Origin: an uncultured Acidobacteriota bacterium
GTDB lineage: Bacteria > Acidobacteriota > Vicinamibacteria > Fen-336
Length of the DNA: 64,000 nucleotides
Direction of reading: 5' to 3'
Assembly: GCA_963729875.1 (NCBI GenBank)
Contig: CAVSPR010000006.1
Coordinates: 121,368 to 185,367, forward strand
The notes under the pieces were generated by a model that worked only from the letters and a program-made list of their open reading frames with translations, was not told the origin of the DNA and did not search any database. Both the position numbers and the translations under genes were made by a program. Positions 9,625-21,008 of the stretch are shown here, piece after piece; the first letter of the stretch is position 1, and the number at the start of each line of letters is the position of its first letter.

Positions 9625-11033
9625 CGGTTTCCGGGCACGGCGACGATCGTCGCGCCGAGGAGGCCCTCCTGGGCTCCCCGCGCCTGCGCCGCGAACCGCT
9701 CCTGCAGGTGGCCGAGGACGAGGAGCGCGCACAGGAGCCCGGCGGCCGTGAGGACGCCGTTGCGCAGGCGGCGGAAGACGGGCACCGGCGCCGGGGTCCG
9801 GGTCTCGGCGGACACGAGGATGGGCCGGCGCACCCTCGGCCGGCCGGTCTCGCGCCCGACGAGGCGCAGGGCCCGCACGCGGAAGTAGCGGGCGAAGTGC
9901 TCGGTGGTGTCCACCGGACACACCCAGTTGCAGAACGGGCGGCTGACGAATACCGCGGTGAGCAGGACCACGGCCAGGATCGCGAGCTGGAAGCCCGTGC
10001 CGGAGAGGCGGAAGAAGGCGGCGAACACCTCGTAGCTCGCCGCCCCCGGCGCCCGGTAGAGCAGGCCGAGGAGCACGGCGAGCCAGAGCAGCACGCGCTT
10101 CACCCAGGTGAAGAGGAGGGCCGACGGGATGCGCCTCTTGCGGGCCCCACCCACGAGCCCGACGACGTCCTGTGCCGCCCCGAAGGGGCAGATCCACGGG
10201 CAATAGGCGTTCTTGCCGGTGCGGCTGAAGGCGAGCAGGACCCCGGCGAGCAGGACGTACCAGTAGAGGTGGGTCGTCCACGAGGGCCAGTCCCCGGCGA
10301 GGAGGCGGGTGGGGAAGGCGATCGTCCAGGGGCGGTTCCAGAGGAAGCCCAGGGTGGCGAGGCTCGAGAGCAGCGTCCCCGCGCGGAGGAGCTTCCGGGT
10401 GCGGGGGGCGAGGCGCGGCCGGTTGCGACCCACCGCCCCCGCGGCGAGCAGGAGGACGAGGACGACCTCGGGGGCGCCGACCAGCACCGGGGAGCGCGCC
10501 GCTGCCGAGCGAGCCATCCCGCGCTCGGCCACGGCCTGCGCCGCGTCGCGGGCGGCCAGGGCGAGCCCGCGCGAGGAGAAGGTGGCGCCCGTCACCGCGT
10601 CGACGTCCCGGCCGATCTCGAACGCGTCGGCCGGGCCCTTGTCGAGGAGCGACCCGAGGAGCCTCTTCGCCCCGCGCATGAGGTCGGGGGTGTCGTGGTA
10701 CTCGAGGATCGCGAGGCTGCGGATGCGGCCGTCGGGCGTCGTCCCCACCGCGAGGGTGAGGGGGCCGCCGTAACCGGACGCGGTGCCCGTCGTGGCGTAG
10801 CCCGCGAGCTGGTCGTCGCGCCTCACCTCGAAGAACGTGCCGCCGCGCTGGGGCAGGTACGAGGCGCCGGGCCACGCCCGCTTCAGGAACGGGTAGAGGT
10901 CGGGTGCCGGGCGGTCGGCACCCCTTCTCCAGGCGATGGCCCAGGTCACGAGGGCAAAGGCGAGGAAGAGGGGTCCCGCCCGGCGGCCCAGCTCGTGCCA
11001 GTCGACGTGGCGTCTCGCGCCCGGGGGAGCCAC
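9621..11033 (-). CDS. membrane FMN-binding / 4Fe-4S-binding protein (NosR/NirI/RdhC family)
   Basis: GYGGPL, VDAVTGATFSS flavinylation motif, multiple TMs, CPWICPFG and CNWVCP (CX3CP) motifs. Confidence 0.85.
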   Translation of the reverse strand: MAPPGARRHVDWHELGRRAGPLFLAFALVTWAIAWRRGADRPAPDLYPFLKRAWPGASYLPQRGGTFFEVRRDDQLAGYATTGTASGYGGPLTLAVGTTPDGRIRSLAILEYHDTPDLMRGAKRLLGSLLDKGPADAFEIGRDVDAVTGATFSSRGLALAARDAAQAVAERGMARSAAARSPVLVGAPEVVLVLLLAAGAVGRNRPRLAPRTRKLLRAGTLLSSLATLGFLWNRPWTIAFPTRLLAGDWPSWTTHLYWYVLLAGVLLAFSRTGKNAYCPWICPFGAAQDVVGLVGGARKRRIPSALLFTWVKRVLLWLAVLLGLLYRAPGAASYEVFAAFFRLSGTGFQLAILAVVLLTAVFVSRPFCNWVCPVDTTEHFARYFRVRALRLVGRETGRPRVRRPILVSAETRTPAPVPVFRRLRNGVLTAAGLLCALLVLGHLQERFAAQARGAQEGLLGATIVAVPGNR

Positions 11034-11044
11034 GAAGCGGGATT

Positions 11045-11455
11045 CTAACGGGACATCGCGGCGTCCACCATCGCGTGCTCGCGCTTCTCGTGCTCGCCGA
11101 GGAACCGGACGAGCTGCGCCGCCTCGTCGAGGAGCGCGTCGTGCGGGGAGCCCGCGGCCTTCCGGGCGCGGTCCCGCATGTCGCGCAGGGCCGCGGCGAT
11201 GCGGAAGTGCTCGTCGACGAGGGTGGCAAGGGGCACCCGGAACTCCGGGACGCAGACCCCGAGGGCGTCGTAGAGCCCCCCCGGCTTCTCCTCCGCGTTG
11301 AAGTGCCCGGTGAGGGCGGTGTGCATCTCCTCCAGCACCGGGAGAAGGGCGTCGAGGTCCTTCGCCCCCCCCAGGCGGTCGAGGAGCCCGTGGAGCCGGC
11401 GGTGGTCCTCGCGCAGCTCCTCGTTGGCGTGGGCGACGGTCGCGGTCGCGGTCAT
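11045..11455 (-). CDS. hemerythrin-domain protein
   Basis: EDHRRL, HFNAEE, EHFRI, HEKREH di-iron ligand pattern; GGAGG SD. Confidence 0.85.
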   Translation of the reverse strand: MTATATVAHANEELREDHRRLHGLLDRLGGAKDLDALLPVLEEMHTALTGHFNAEEKPGGLYDALGVCVPEFRVPLATLVDEHFRIAAALRDMRDRARKAAGSPHDALLDEAAQLVRFLGEHEKREHAMVDAAMSR

Positions 11456-11478
11456 GTCTGCCTCCCTGCGCGGTGCGC

Positions 11479-12765
<1,287 letters not shown>

Positions 12766-12781
12766 GTGTGCCTCCTGCTGG

Positions 12782-14407
12782 TTACCGGCCCACGCTGCCG
12801 AAGAGCGCGACGAGCTCGTCGTAGGCGGGCAGCGTGAGGAACTCGTTGAAGGTCTCGGACGTCGACATCCGCTCGAAGAGGCTGCGCGCCTCGGCGAACC
12901 GACCGGCATCGTAGCGCTCCTCGCCGAGCGTCGCGCGCAGCTTGCCGAGCTCGTCGTCCACGACGCGCCGGAACCGCTCGGCGGTCAGGGGCTGGCCGTC
13001 GTCGAGGTGCGCGCGGTGGTGGACCCACTGCCACACCTGGGTGCGGGAGATCTCGGCGGTGGCCGCGTCTTCCATGAGGTTGTAGAGCGGCACGCAGCCG
13101 TTCCCCTTGAGCCAGGCCTCGAGGTACTGGACGCCCACCCGGACGTTGTGGCGCAGCCCCGCCTCCGTGCGGGTTCCCTCCGGGACGCGGAGCAGGTCGG
13201 CTTCCGTCACGCTGACGTCCTCGCGCTTCACGTGGATCTGGTTCGCCGTCTTCATGTGGGCGTCGAAGATCTCGAGGGCCACCGGCACGAGGCCGGGGTG
13301 GGCCACCCACGTCCCGTCGTGACCGTCCTGAACCTCGCGGAGCTTGTCCGCGCGCACCTTGGCGAGAGCCTCCTCGCTCGCCCCCGGGTCGTCCTTGATC
13401 GGGATCTGGGCCGCCATCCCGCCCATGGCGTGGACCTCCCGGCGGTGGCAGGTCCTTATGAGCAGCTGCGTGTAGGCCCGCATGCACGGCTGGGTCATGG
13501 TGACCTGCGCGCGGTCCGGGATCACCCACGCGGGGTCGGCGCGCAGGGTCTTGATGAGGCTGAAGATGTAGTCCCACCGACCGCAGTTGAGGCCCGAGGA
13601 GTGCTCGCGCAGCTCCCAGAGGATCTCGTCCATCTCGAAGGCGGCGGGGAGTGTCTCGATGAGGACGGTCGCCTTGACCGTCCCGCGGGGGAGGGAGAGC
13701 CGCTCCTGCGCGGCCACGAAGACGTCGTTCCACAGCCGGGCCTCGAGGTGGGACTGCAGCTTGGGCAGGTAGAAGTACGGCCCGCTGCCCCGCTCGCGCA
13801 GCGCCTGCGCGTTGAGGAAGAGGTAGAGACCGAAGTCGAAGAGGAAGGCCGGGATCGGCGCCCCGTCCCGCTCGACGTGCTTCTCGGGCAGGTGCAGGCC
13901 CCGCGGCCGCACGAGGAGGACGGCCGGCTTCGGGCCGAGGCGGTACTCCTTGCCGGTCTCGGGCGCCGTGAAGGAGATCGTGCGGCGGACCGCATCCTTG
14001 AGGTGCTGGTGGCCGAGGACCACGTTCTCCCAGGTGGGGGAGTTCGAGTCCTCGAAGTCGGCCATGAAGACGCTCGCCCCGGAGTTCAGCGCGTTGATGA
14101 CCATCTTCCGGTCGACGGGGCCGGTGATCTCGACCCTGCGGTCCTGCAGGTCGGGCGGCAGGGGGGCCACCGTCCAGCTCGACTCGCGCACGGAGCGCGT
14201 CTCGGGCAGGAAGTGCGGCCGCTCCCCGGCGTCGAAGCGCCGCTGGCGCTCGCGGCGGCGCTCGAGCAGCTCCTCGCGGCGGGGGGCGAAGTCGCGGACG
14301 AGCCCGGCGACGAAGTCGAGCGCGTCGGGGGTGAGGACGGCCTCGTACTCGGGGCCCAGGGGGCCCCTCACGTGGAGCGCCCCGGCGGCGCGGGAGGTGA
14401 CACCCAT
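12782..14407 (-). CDS. aceB: malate synthase A
   Basis: [57 protein letters not shown]. Confidence 0.97.
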   Translation of the reverse strand: MGVTSRAAGALHVRGPLGPEYEAVLTPDALDFVAGLVRDFAPRREELLERRRERQRRFDAGERPHFLPETRSVRESSWTVAPLPPDLQDRRVEITGPVDRKMVINALNSGASVFMADFEDSNSPTWENVVLGHQHLKDAVRRTISFTAPETGKEYRLGPKPAVLLVRPRGLHLPEKHVERDGAPIPAFLFDFGLYLFLNAQALRERGSGPYFYLPKLQSHLEARLWNDVFVAAQERLSLPRGTVKATVLIETLPAAFEMDEILWELREHSSGLNCGRWDYIFSLIKTLRADPAWVIPDRAQVTMTQPCMRAYTQLLIRTCHRREVHAMGGMAAQIPIKDDPGASEEALAKVRADKLREVQDGHDGTWVAHPGLVPVALEIFDAHMKTANQIHVKREDVSVTEADLLRVPEGTRTEAGLRHNVRVGVQYLEAWLKGNGCVPLYNLMEDAATAEISRTQVWQWVHHRAHLDDGQPLTAERFRRVVDDELGKLRATLGEERYDAGRFAEARSLFERMSTSETFNEFLTLPAYDELVALFGSVGR

Positions 14408-14558
14408 CGCGCAGTCCTCCTCTTCTCGCGGTGCCCCGATTGGCGTCACGAGACGTCCTCATGGACTCTCCGGCGGCCGGCCGGAGTCAATGGAGCGAAG
14501 GGATCAGGCGCCGACCCGGCCTGGCTCGGAGGGCGGTCCTCGTTTTTCACCTTGAACG

Positions 14559-14574
14559 TGGCATCCTCGTTGCT
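14559..14574 (+). promoter_or_regulatory. putative sigma54 (-24/-12) promoter
   Basis: TGGCATCCTCGTTGCT = TGGCA-N6-TTGCT with exact GG-N10-GC spacing, 30 nt upstream of ATG 14604. Confidence 0.65.
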
Positions 14575-14603
14575 AAGCTGGTAGGGTCGGAGGTTGGGGG
14601 ATC

Positions 14604-15674
14604 ATGAGCGCTTCGGGGTCGCGAGGTCCGTCGTGGGCCGTCCTGGCCGGCCTCGCACTCGTGCTGGCCGGGTGCGCGACGTCTTCTTCGACCAAGAGCC
14701 CGTCCCTCCCTCAACCCCCCCAGCCGCCGTCCCCGCCCTCGGTCCCGAGCCCCACCTCGCCCTCGGCGACGAAGCCCGAGGCCAAGGGAGAGAAGCAGGG
14801 CGAGAAGGGCGCCACCCAAGGGGAAAAAGGACAGCAAGGGGAGAAAGGCGCCACGCAGGGCGAGAAGGGGCAGCAAGGCGAAAAGGGAGAGCAGGGACAG
14901 CAAGGCGGCGAGGGTCCGAAAACGGGACAGGGCGGAAAGGCGGGCGGGCAATCCCAGGCCAAGGCTGAAGGCGGGGACAAGAGTGCCACCGGTGGAGGAC
15001 AGGCCGGAGCCGCCTCGGCGCCCGGGGAAGGGACGGGTGGCGGAGGAGCGACGACACCCGACGAGCAGCGCGACGCCCTGGACGGGCAGCTCCAGACGTC
15101 GATGACCGAGTTCGACCGGATGCTCCTGAAGGAGCAGAAGGCCCTCGAGGAGAAGCAGCGCAAGGACCCGCTGCCAGACCGCAGCGGCGAGGGCTCGGGC
15201 GGCGCGGCGGCCGGCGCTGGCGGCGCGGGAGGAACGGGGTCGGGCGGAGCGAAGGACGACCGCACGCCGGCCGAACGACGCGCGGACGCCGAAGCGGAGG
15301 CGGCCGAGAAGCAGGCGAAGGCCGGCGCGGCCGGCGAGTCCGGAAAACCCGGTGGTGAGGCCGGAAAGGCGGGCGAGCCTGGCAAGCCGGGAGACGCCGC
15401 CCCGCCCGCGGTCGACACCGCGACCGGGGGCTCCCCCGACGCCGGGCAGCTCGAGGGCGGGGCGACGGTGACCGCGCCGGTCGAGGGCGGGCCCGCCGGC
15501 CCCGGGACCGACTCGACCCCTGTCCCCCGGGACGTGGGAGACGGGAAGGACGACGACGTCGTGGCGCGCCAGCTCCGCGAGGCGGCCATGAAGGAGAAGG
15601 ACCCGGCGATCCGCGAGAAGCTGTGGGAGGAGTACCGGGAGTACAAGAAGAGCGCCGGAAAGGGCGGGAGCTGA
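14604..15674 (+). CDS. lipoprotein with collagen-like/low-complexity linkers and helical C-terminal domain
   Basis: Lipobox LAGC; GEKG-rich repeats; helix LDGQLQTSMTEFDRMLLKEQ; C-terminal DGKDDDVVARQLREAAMKEKDPAIREKLWEEYREYKK. Confidence 0.85.
   Translation: MSASGSRGPSWAVLAGLALVLAGCATSSSTKSPSLPQPPQPPSPPSVPSPTSPSATKPEAKGEKQGEKGATQGEKGQQGEKGATQGEKGQQGEKGEQGQQGGEGPKTGQGGKAGGQSQAKAEGGDKSATGGGQAGAASAPGEGTGGGGATTPDEQRDALDGQLQTSMTEFDRMLLKEQKALEEKQRKDPLPDRSGEGSGGAAAGAGGAGGTGSGGAKDDRTPAERRADAEAEAAEKQAKAGAAGESGKPGGEAGKAGEPGKPGDAAPPAVDTATGGSPDAGQLEGGATVTAPVEGGPAGPGTDSTPVPRDVGDGKDDDVVARQLREAAMKEKDPAIREKLWEEYREYKKSAGKGGS
14785..14915 (+). repeat. intragenic collagen-like GEKG(ATQ/QQ) tandem repeats
   Basis: GEKQ-GEKGATQ-GEKGQQ-GEKGATQ-GEKGQQ-GEKGEQ-GQQ with synonymous variation between units. 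Confidence 0.8.
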
Positions 15675-15683
15675 GGTGATGCG

Positions 15684-16898
15684 ATGACGAGGGGCTTCGG
15701 ATCGGCTCTGCTGGCGGCGCTGTGCCTGGTCGTGCCCGGGGCCGGCGCCGCCGCCGGGGGCGACGAGGCGCTGATCCTCGCGAAGGGCGAGATCCCCGAG
15801 GATCGCCTGATCGACGTGGCGATCGACCTCTTCTCGCCCGGGATCAACGAGGGCGACCCCTCGCCGCTCCTCAAGAAGGGCATCCGGGCCGCGGTGCGCA
15901 AGTCGGAGTCCCGCTACGTCCCGATCCACCTCCGCAACACGCTGCAGTCCAGCGGGCAGTGGGGTGCGGTCCGCGTCGTCCCCGGGGGAGCCGCGTGGGC
16001 CGAGATCCTCGTCACGGGCACGATCGCGAAGTCGAACGGCAAGGACCTCGAGGTCCGGATCACGGCGCGAGACGCGGCCGGCCGCGTCTGGGTGGAGCGC
16101 GACTACAAGCAGAAGGCGGACACCACCGCCTACGCGAAGGACCGGCCCGTCGACGGCCGGGACCCCTTCCAGGGGCTCTACAACCGGGTCGCGAACGACC
16201 TGGTGCAGGCGCGCGACAAGCGCAAGCCGGCGGAGCTCACGGCGGCGAAGGAAGTGGCGCGCCTGCGCTTCGCCGCGAGCATGGCCCCCGATCCCTACGC
16301 GGCCTACGTGGCCACCGACAAGAAGGGCCGCAGCCGCGTGGAGCGGCTCCCGGCCCAGGACGACCCGGTGATGGCCCGCATCACGGCGATCCGGGACCGC
16401 GACCAGATGTTCGTGGACACCCTCAACGAGTACTACGCCGACTTCTACGCCCGCATGGACAAGCCGTACGACGACTGGCGGGCCTACAGCTACACGGAGC
16501 AGGTCGCGCTCGACTCGATCAACCGCGCCTCGACGCTCAAGAAGATCCTGGGGGGCATCGCGATCCTGGGGGGCATCCTGATGGACCCGCAGAACGACCA
16601 TGGCGTCAAGGACATCCTGATCCTCGGGGGCATCGCCGCGGTCCAGGCCGGCTTCGAGGACGGCAAGGAGGGCGGGATCCACAAGGCCGCCCTCACCGAG
16701 CTCGCGGACTCGTTCGAGGGCGAAGTGACGCCTCTCCTGGTGGACGTGGACGGCAAGGTGGTGCAGCTCACCGGCTCGGCGGAAACGCAGTTCGCCCAGT
16801 GGCGCCAGCTGCTGAAGGACATCGTGGCCACGGACGCCCCCCTGCCCGCGGACATCAACCTCGTCCCGATGGCGCCCGCGGAGACCGTGCAGCCCTGA
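15684..16898 (+). CDS. exported hypothetical protein (404 aa)
   Basis: Signal peptide; GAGG SD; VRKSESRYVPIHLRNTLQSSGQWGAVRVVP; Gly-rich hydrophobic segment ILGGIAILGGIL; QFAQWRQLL near the C-terminus. Confidence 0.85.
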   Translation: MTRGFGSALLAALCLVVPGAGAAAGGDEALILAKGEIPEDRLIDVAIDLFSPGINEGDPSPLLKKGIRAAVRKSESRYVPIHLRNTLQSSGQWGAVRVVPGGAAWAEILVTGTIAKSNGKDLEVRITARDAAGRVWVERDYKQKADTTAYAKDRPVDGRDPFQGLYNRVANDLVQARDKRKPAELTAAKEVARLRFAASMAPDPYAAYVATDKKGRSRVERLPAQDDPVMARITAIRDRDQMFVDTLNEYYADFYARMDKPYDDWRAYSYTEQVALDSINRASTLKKILGGIAILGGILMDPQNDHGVKDILILGGIAAVQAGFEDGKEGGIHKAALTELADSFEGEVTPLLVDVDGKVVQLTGSAETQFAQWRQLLKDIVATDAPLPADINLVPMAPAETVQP

Positions 16899-16914
16899 GG
16901 ACACCCGGCTCCCG

Positions 16915-18730
16915 ATGAGCGTCCCCGAGCCCGGGCTCGAGATCCTTCCGGGACTGACCCTCCTCCGACCCCTCGGCCGGGGGGGCATGGGGGAGGCGTG
17001 GCTCGCCCACGACGCCGGGCGGGGCGAGGACGTGGTGGCCAAGGTGCTGCCCGCGGACGCGTCGCCGGACCGGGTCGCGCTGCTGCGGCGCGAGGCCCGC
17101 CTCGTGCGCAAGCTGCAGCACCCGCGCATCGTCCCCGTCTACGGCTTCCGCAGCGGGGAGGCGGCGAGCGCCGTCACGCTGCGCCACATGCGAGGCGGGG
17201 ACGCCTCGCGCCGGCGGGGCGCGACACCACTCGAGGTGGTCCGGCTGGGCCGGGACGTGGCCGACGCCCTCGAGTACCTGCACGGCCTCGGCGTCGTGCA
17301 CCGCGACGTGAAGCCGTCGAACGTCCTCCTCGACGAGGAGGGGCGCGCCCACCTCGCCGACTTCGGCATCGCCGCCGTGCTCGAAGGGGGCGAGGAGGAC
17401 GGCGTGGTGCTGCGGGGAGGGGGATCCCGCGCCAGCATGAGCCCCCAGCAGAGGGCGGGTGCTTCGCCGGCGCCCGCGGACGACCTGTACGCCCTCGGCG
17501 CGCTGCTGTACGAGCTGCTGTCCGGCCGCCCGCCGTTCCCGGCAGAGGCGACCGACGCGGAGTTCCTCGCGCGCGACCCGCCGCCCGTGGCGTCGCCCTT
17601 TCCCGTGCCGGAGTCGCTCCGTGCCCTGGTGGCCGCGCTCCTGGCCCGGTCGCCGGAGGGCCGCCCGCCGTCCGCCGGGGCCGTGAAGGAAGCGCTCGAC
17701 GCGATCGGGTCGCAGCTCGACCGGTCGCCGGCGGCGCCCGTCCGCCCGCCGGTCGCGCTTCACCCTCCGCCTCGCGCGAGCGAAGGGGGCATCTCCGCGC
17801 GCGGGCTCGAGAACCGCCTGGAGCGCCTGCGGTCCCGTCCCCGGACCGGTCTGTTGCCGGGCCAGGTGACGCTTCTGATTGGCCTCGCCGTGGCCGCTCT
17901 CGTGACCGTCGTGTGGCTGCCCCGCTGGGCCCAGGCGCCGACGGCGCCGCCACCCGCGGCGACGCCGTCGGTCGCGCGAGCCGCCCGTCGCGCCTGCGCC
18001 GGCGGTCACGCCCGCCCCGGCCGAGGCCGCGCCGGACCCGCCCGCCGAATCTCCCGCGGTCGCGGCGCCGGTCCCGTCGCGTCCGACCCCGGCCCCGCGC
18101 GTGCCGCCCGCGAGTCTCCTGGCGTCGGCCCCGGCGGTGGCTCCCGTACCCCCGCCCCTGCCCACGCCGGACCGGCAGGCCGAGACGCAGGCCCTCGCCG
18201 GCCACCGCGAGTCGGGCCGCGCCCTCGAGGAGAAGGAAGAGTGGCGGGGCGCCCTCGCCGAGTACGAGGCGGCCCTGGCGGTGGACCCGTTCGTCGCGTT
18301 CGCGGTGGAGGGCAAGGCGCGCGCGGCGGCCCGCGCCGCTCTCGCGGAGGCGCTCGCATTCCACGTCGCGAACCCGCACCGGCTCGCGACCGAGGCCGTG
18401 GGCCGAGAGGCGGCGGTGCTTCTCGAGCGGGCGCGCGACGTCGAGGCGCCGGGGCCGCGCCACCGCGCGCAGGTCGCCGCCCTGGAGGGTGCGCTCGCCC
18501 GGGCCCGCGTGCCCGTCGCGGTCGTCCTCGAGTCGGATGGTCTGACCGAGATCGTGCTGAGCCGGATCGGCCGGCTCGGCACGCTGACGCGCCGCACCGT
18601 CGAGCTGCGGCCGGGGACGTACACGATCGTGGGCTCGAGGCGCGGCTATCGTGACGTGCGGCGTCAGCTCACCGTGGCACCGGGCGGCCCCGCTCCCGTC
18701 GTGAGCGTCCGCTGCGAGGAGGCCATCTGA
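16915..18730 (+). CDS. membrane Ser/Thr kinase with Pro-rich linker, TPR-like helices and C-terminal PEGA-like beta domain; apparent frameshift near 17975
   Basis: LGRGGMGEAW, VAK, HRDVKPSN, DFG; TM LLIGLAVAALVTVVWLP. Sensible sequence continues in the +1 frame (EPPVAPAPAV...GSRRGYRDVR...CEEAI*). Confidence 0.85.
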
Positions 18731-20991
18731 GCACCGTTCGCGTCGAGGAAAGCGGGCACGCCCGGGACCTCGGGCCCACCGAGTTTCCCGTCCCGCTCGG
18801 TGGTCCCGGCTCGGTCGTCCCGGTGGCTTCGAGCGCGGGTCCCCTCGCGTGGCTCGGCCTCGCGGACGGAGACGTCTTCGTCCAGCCGACGCCGGGAAGC
18901 GCCGTCCAGTGCAACGGCATCCGCCTCTCCGCCTCGCACTGGCTCCGCGACGGGGACGTCCTGCGGCTGGGGCCCACCCGCGTGGAGGTCCGGCTCACCG
19001 GCGACGTGCTGCGCCTCGTCGTCGAGACGCTCACGGAGACGAACCCGACCGAGCCCCCCGTCGTCCTCGTGCCGCCGCCGCGGGACGAGCGCCTGCGGGC
19101 GGACGAAGGGCCCGGCCCGACGATCACGCCGATCGGCTACACGCCGCGGCCGGTCGGCAGGAAGGCCGCGTCCCGGCGGCGCGTGAGCCTCGGACGCCTC
19201 GCGCTCGTCGCCCTGCTGGTCGTCGCCGGCGTGGCCGTCGCCCTGCTCTCCCGGGTGGCGGCGGTGGGGGTCGCGGTCGAGCCAACCCCCGAGACGGTTG
19301 CCTTGCGCGGCCGCTGGCCCGCGCTTCGCCTGGGCTCCCGCTTCCTGGCCTTCCCGGGCCCGTACACGCTCGTGGCGGAGAAGGCCGGCTACCGGCGGCT
19401 CGAGGCGGCGGTCGAGGTGACGGGCGAGCCGGGGCAGACCCTGCGGCAAGCCCTCGTGCCACTGCCCGGTCGGCTGACCGTGGACACGGGCGGAGTTGCC
19501 GGCGCGGAAGTGGCGATCGACGAGGCCGTGAGAGGGAGCACCCCGCTCGCCGCGCTCGAAGTGGAGGCGGGGGAGCGCGAGGTCCGGGTGCGCGCCCCGG
19601 GCTACGAGGAGTACCGCTCGCGCGTCGCGGTCGAGGGCCGTGGCGTCGAGCAAACGCTCGCGGTCGCGCTCGTCGCCCTTCCCACCCCCGAGGTCAGGCC
19701 GACCCCGGCGCCGCCGCCCGCCCCGGGGGTCCTCGTGGTGACGAGCGAACCGGCGGGAGCCCGCGTGAGCGTTGACGGCGCCGACATCGGCGAGACGCCC
19801 CTCGAGGTCCGGCTCGAGGCGGGGAAGCCGCACGCCGTGCGCGTCGCCAAGCCGGGCCACGACGACGCGGAGCTCACCGTGCAGCTGCGCGCCGGGGTGA
19901 GGCACGAGGAGGCGGTACGGCTGCAGCCGCAGCTCGGAGAGGTCCGCTTCGCCGCGCGCCCGCCCGACGCGGAGCTCCTGGTGAACGGGGAGCCGAGGGG
20001 CCGCGCCGACCAGACGCTCCGTCTCCTCGCCGTGCCGCACGAGATCGAGATCCGCCGCGAGGGCTACGAGGCCGTGAAGCAGGTGGTCACGCCGCGGCCG
20101 GGGTTCCCGCAGACGGTGAGCGTCGCCCTCAAGAGCCAGGCCCAGGTCCGCGAGGAGAAGACGCCCCGCGTGGCGCGCTCGCCGGAGGGCCACGAGCTGC
20201 GGCTCGTCGACGGCGGGGCATTCAAGCTGGGCGCGTCCCGGCGCGAGCCGGGGCGGCGGGCGAACGAGCCGCTGCGCGACGTCGTCCTCGCCCGCCCGTT
20301 CTACGTGGCGACGCGCGAGGTCTCGAACCTGCAGTTCCGCCGCTTCGAGGCGAGCCACTCGTCCGGGCGGGTGGGAGCGGAGAGCCTCGACGTGGACGAC
20401 CAGCCGGTGGTGCGCGTGAGCTGGCAGCAGGCCGCCGCCTACTGCAACTGGCTGAGCCAGCGCGAGGGCCTGCCGCCCGCCTACGTCCAGAGGGACGGCC
20501 GCCTTGCGCCGGCGGTGCCAGCGACGACGGGCTACCGGCTGCCGACGGAGGCGGAGTGGGAGAGGGTGGCCCGCTACCCCGACACCCGCTCGGCGCTCAA
20601 GTACCCGTGGGGGCAGGCGCTCCCCGTGCCCCCGGGAGCCGGGAACTACGCCGACGCGAAGGCGAAGGGCCTGGTGGCGCTGGTGCTCGACGGCTACGAC
20701 GACGGCTACGCGACGACGGCGCCCGTGCAGGGCTTCCCCGCGAACCCCCTCGGCTTCCTGAACCTGGGGGGCAACGTCGCGGAGTGGGCGCACGACCTGT
20801 ACACGATCACGCCCTCGGTCGAGGGCCAGCCCGCGCGCGACCCGGTGGGGCCGGCGGAGGGCGAGTACCATGTCATCCGCGGCGCGTCGTGGATGCACGC
20901 CACGGTGACGGAGCTGCGCCTGAGCTACCGGGACTACGGCAAGGACCCGCGACCGGACGTGGGCTTCCGCGTCGCGCGCTACGCCGAGTGA
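18727..20991 (+). CDS. FHA-like - TM - PEGA repeats - FGE-sulfatase (SUMF1) domain protein (probable CTG start)
   Basis: CTGA overlap with the kinase stop and GAGGAGG SD; CNGIRL...LRDGDVLRLG FHA-like; TM; PEGA motifs (VTSEPAGARVSVDG...GETP); PVVRVSWQQAAAYCNWLS, RLPTEAEWE, GNVAEW, VIRGASW, GFRVAR. Confidence 0.88.
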   Translation: MSTVRVEESGHARDLGPTEFPVPLGGPGSVVPVASSAGPLAWLGLADGDVFVQPTPGSAVQCNGIRLSASHWLRDGDVLRLGPTRVEVRLTGDVLRLVVETLTETNPTEPPVVLVPPPRDERLRADEGPGPTITPIGYTPRPVGRKAASRRRVSLGRLALVALLVVAGVAVALLSRVAAVGVAVEPTPETVALRGRWPALRLGSRFLAFPGPYTLVAEKAGYRRLEAAVEVTGEPGQTLRQALVPLPGRLTVDTGGVAGAEVAIDEAVRGSTPLAALEVEAGEREVRVRAPGYEEYRSRVAVEGRGVEQTLAVALVALPTPEVRPTPAPPPAPGVLVVTSEPAGARVSVDGADIGETPLEVRLEAGKPHAVRVAKPGHDDAELTVQLRAGVRHEEAVRLQPQLGEVRFAARPPDAELLVNGEPRGRADQTLRLLAVPHEIEIRREGYEAVKQVVTPRPGFPQTVSVALKSQAQVREEKTPRVARSPEGHELRLVDGGAFKLGASRREPGRRANEPLRDVVLARPFYVATREVSNLQFRRFEASHSSGRVGAESLDVDDQPVVRVSWQQAAAYCNWLSQREGLPPAYVQRDGRLAPAVPATTGYRLPTEAEWERVARYPDTRSALKYPWGQALPVPPGAGNYADAKAKGLVALVLDGYDDGYATTAPVQGFPANPLGFLNLGGNVAEWAHDLYTITPSVEGQPARDPVGPAEGEYHVIRGASWMHATVTELRLSYRDYGKDPRPDVGFRVARYAE

Positions 20992-21008
20992 ACTTGGGAG
21001 GTGGACCG

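Noticed and set aside
9621-11033. Evidence for organohalide respiration or N2O reduction
   Set aside because: No rdhAB or nosZ in the window
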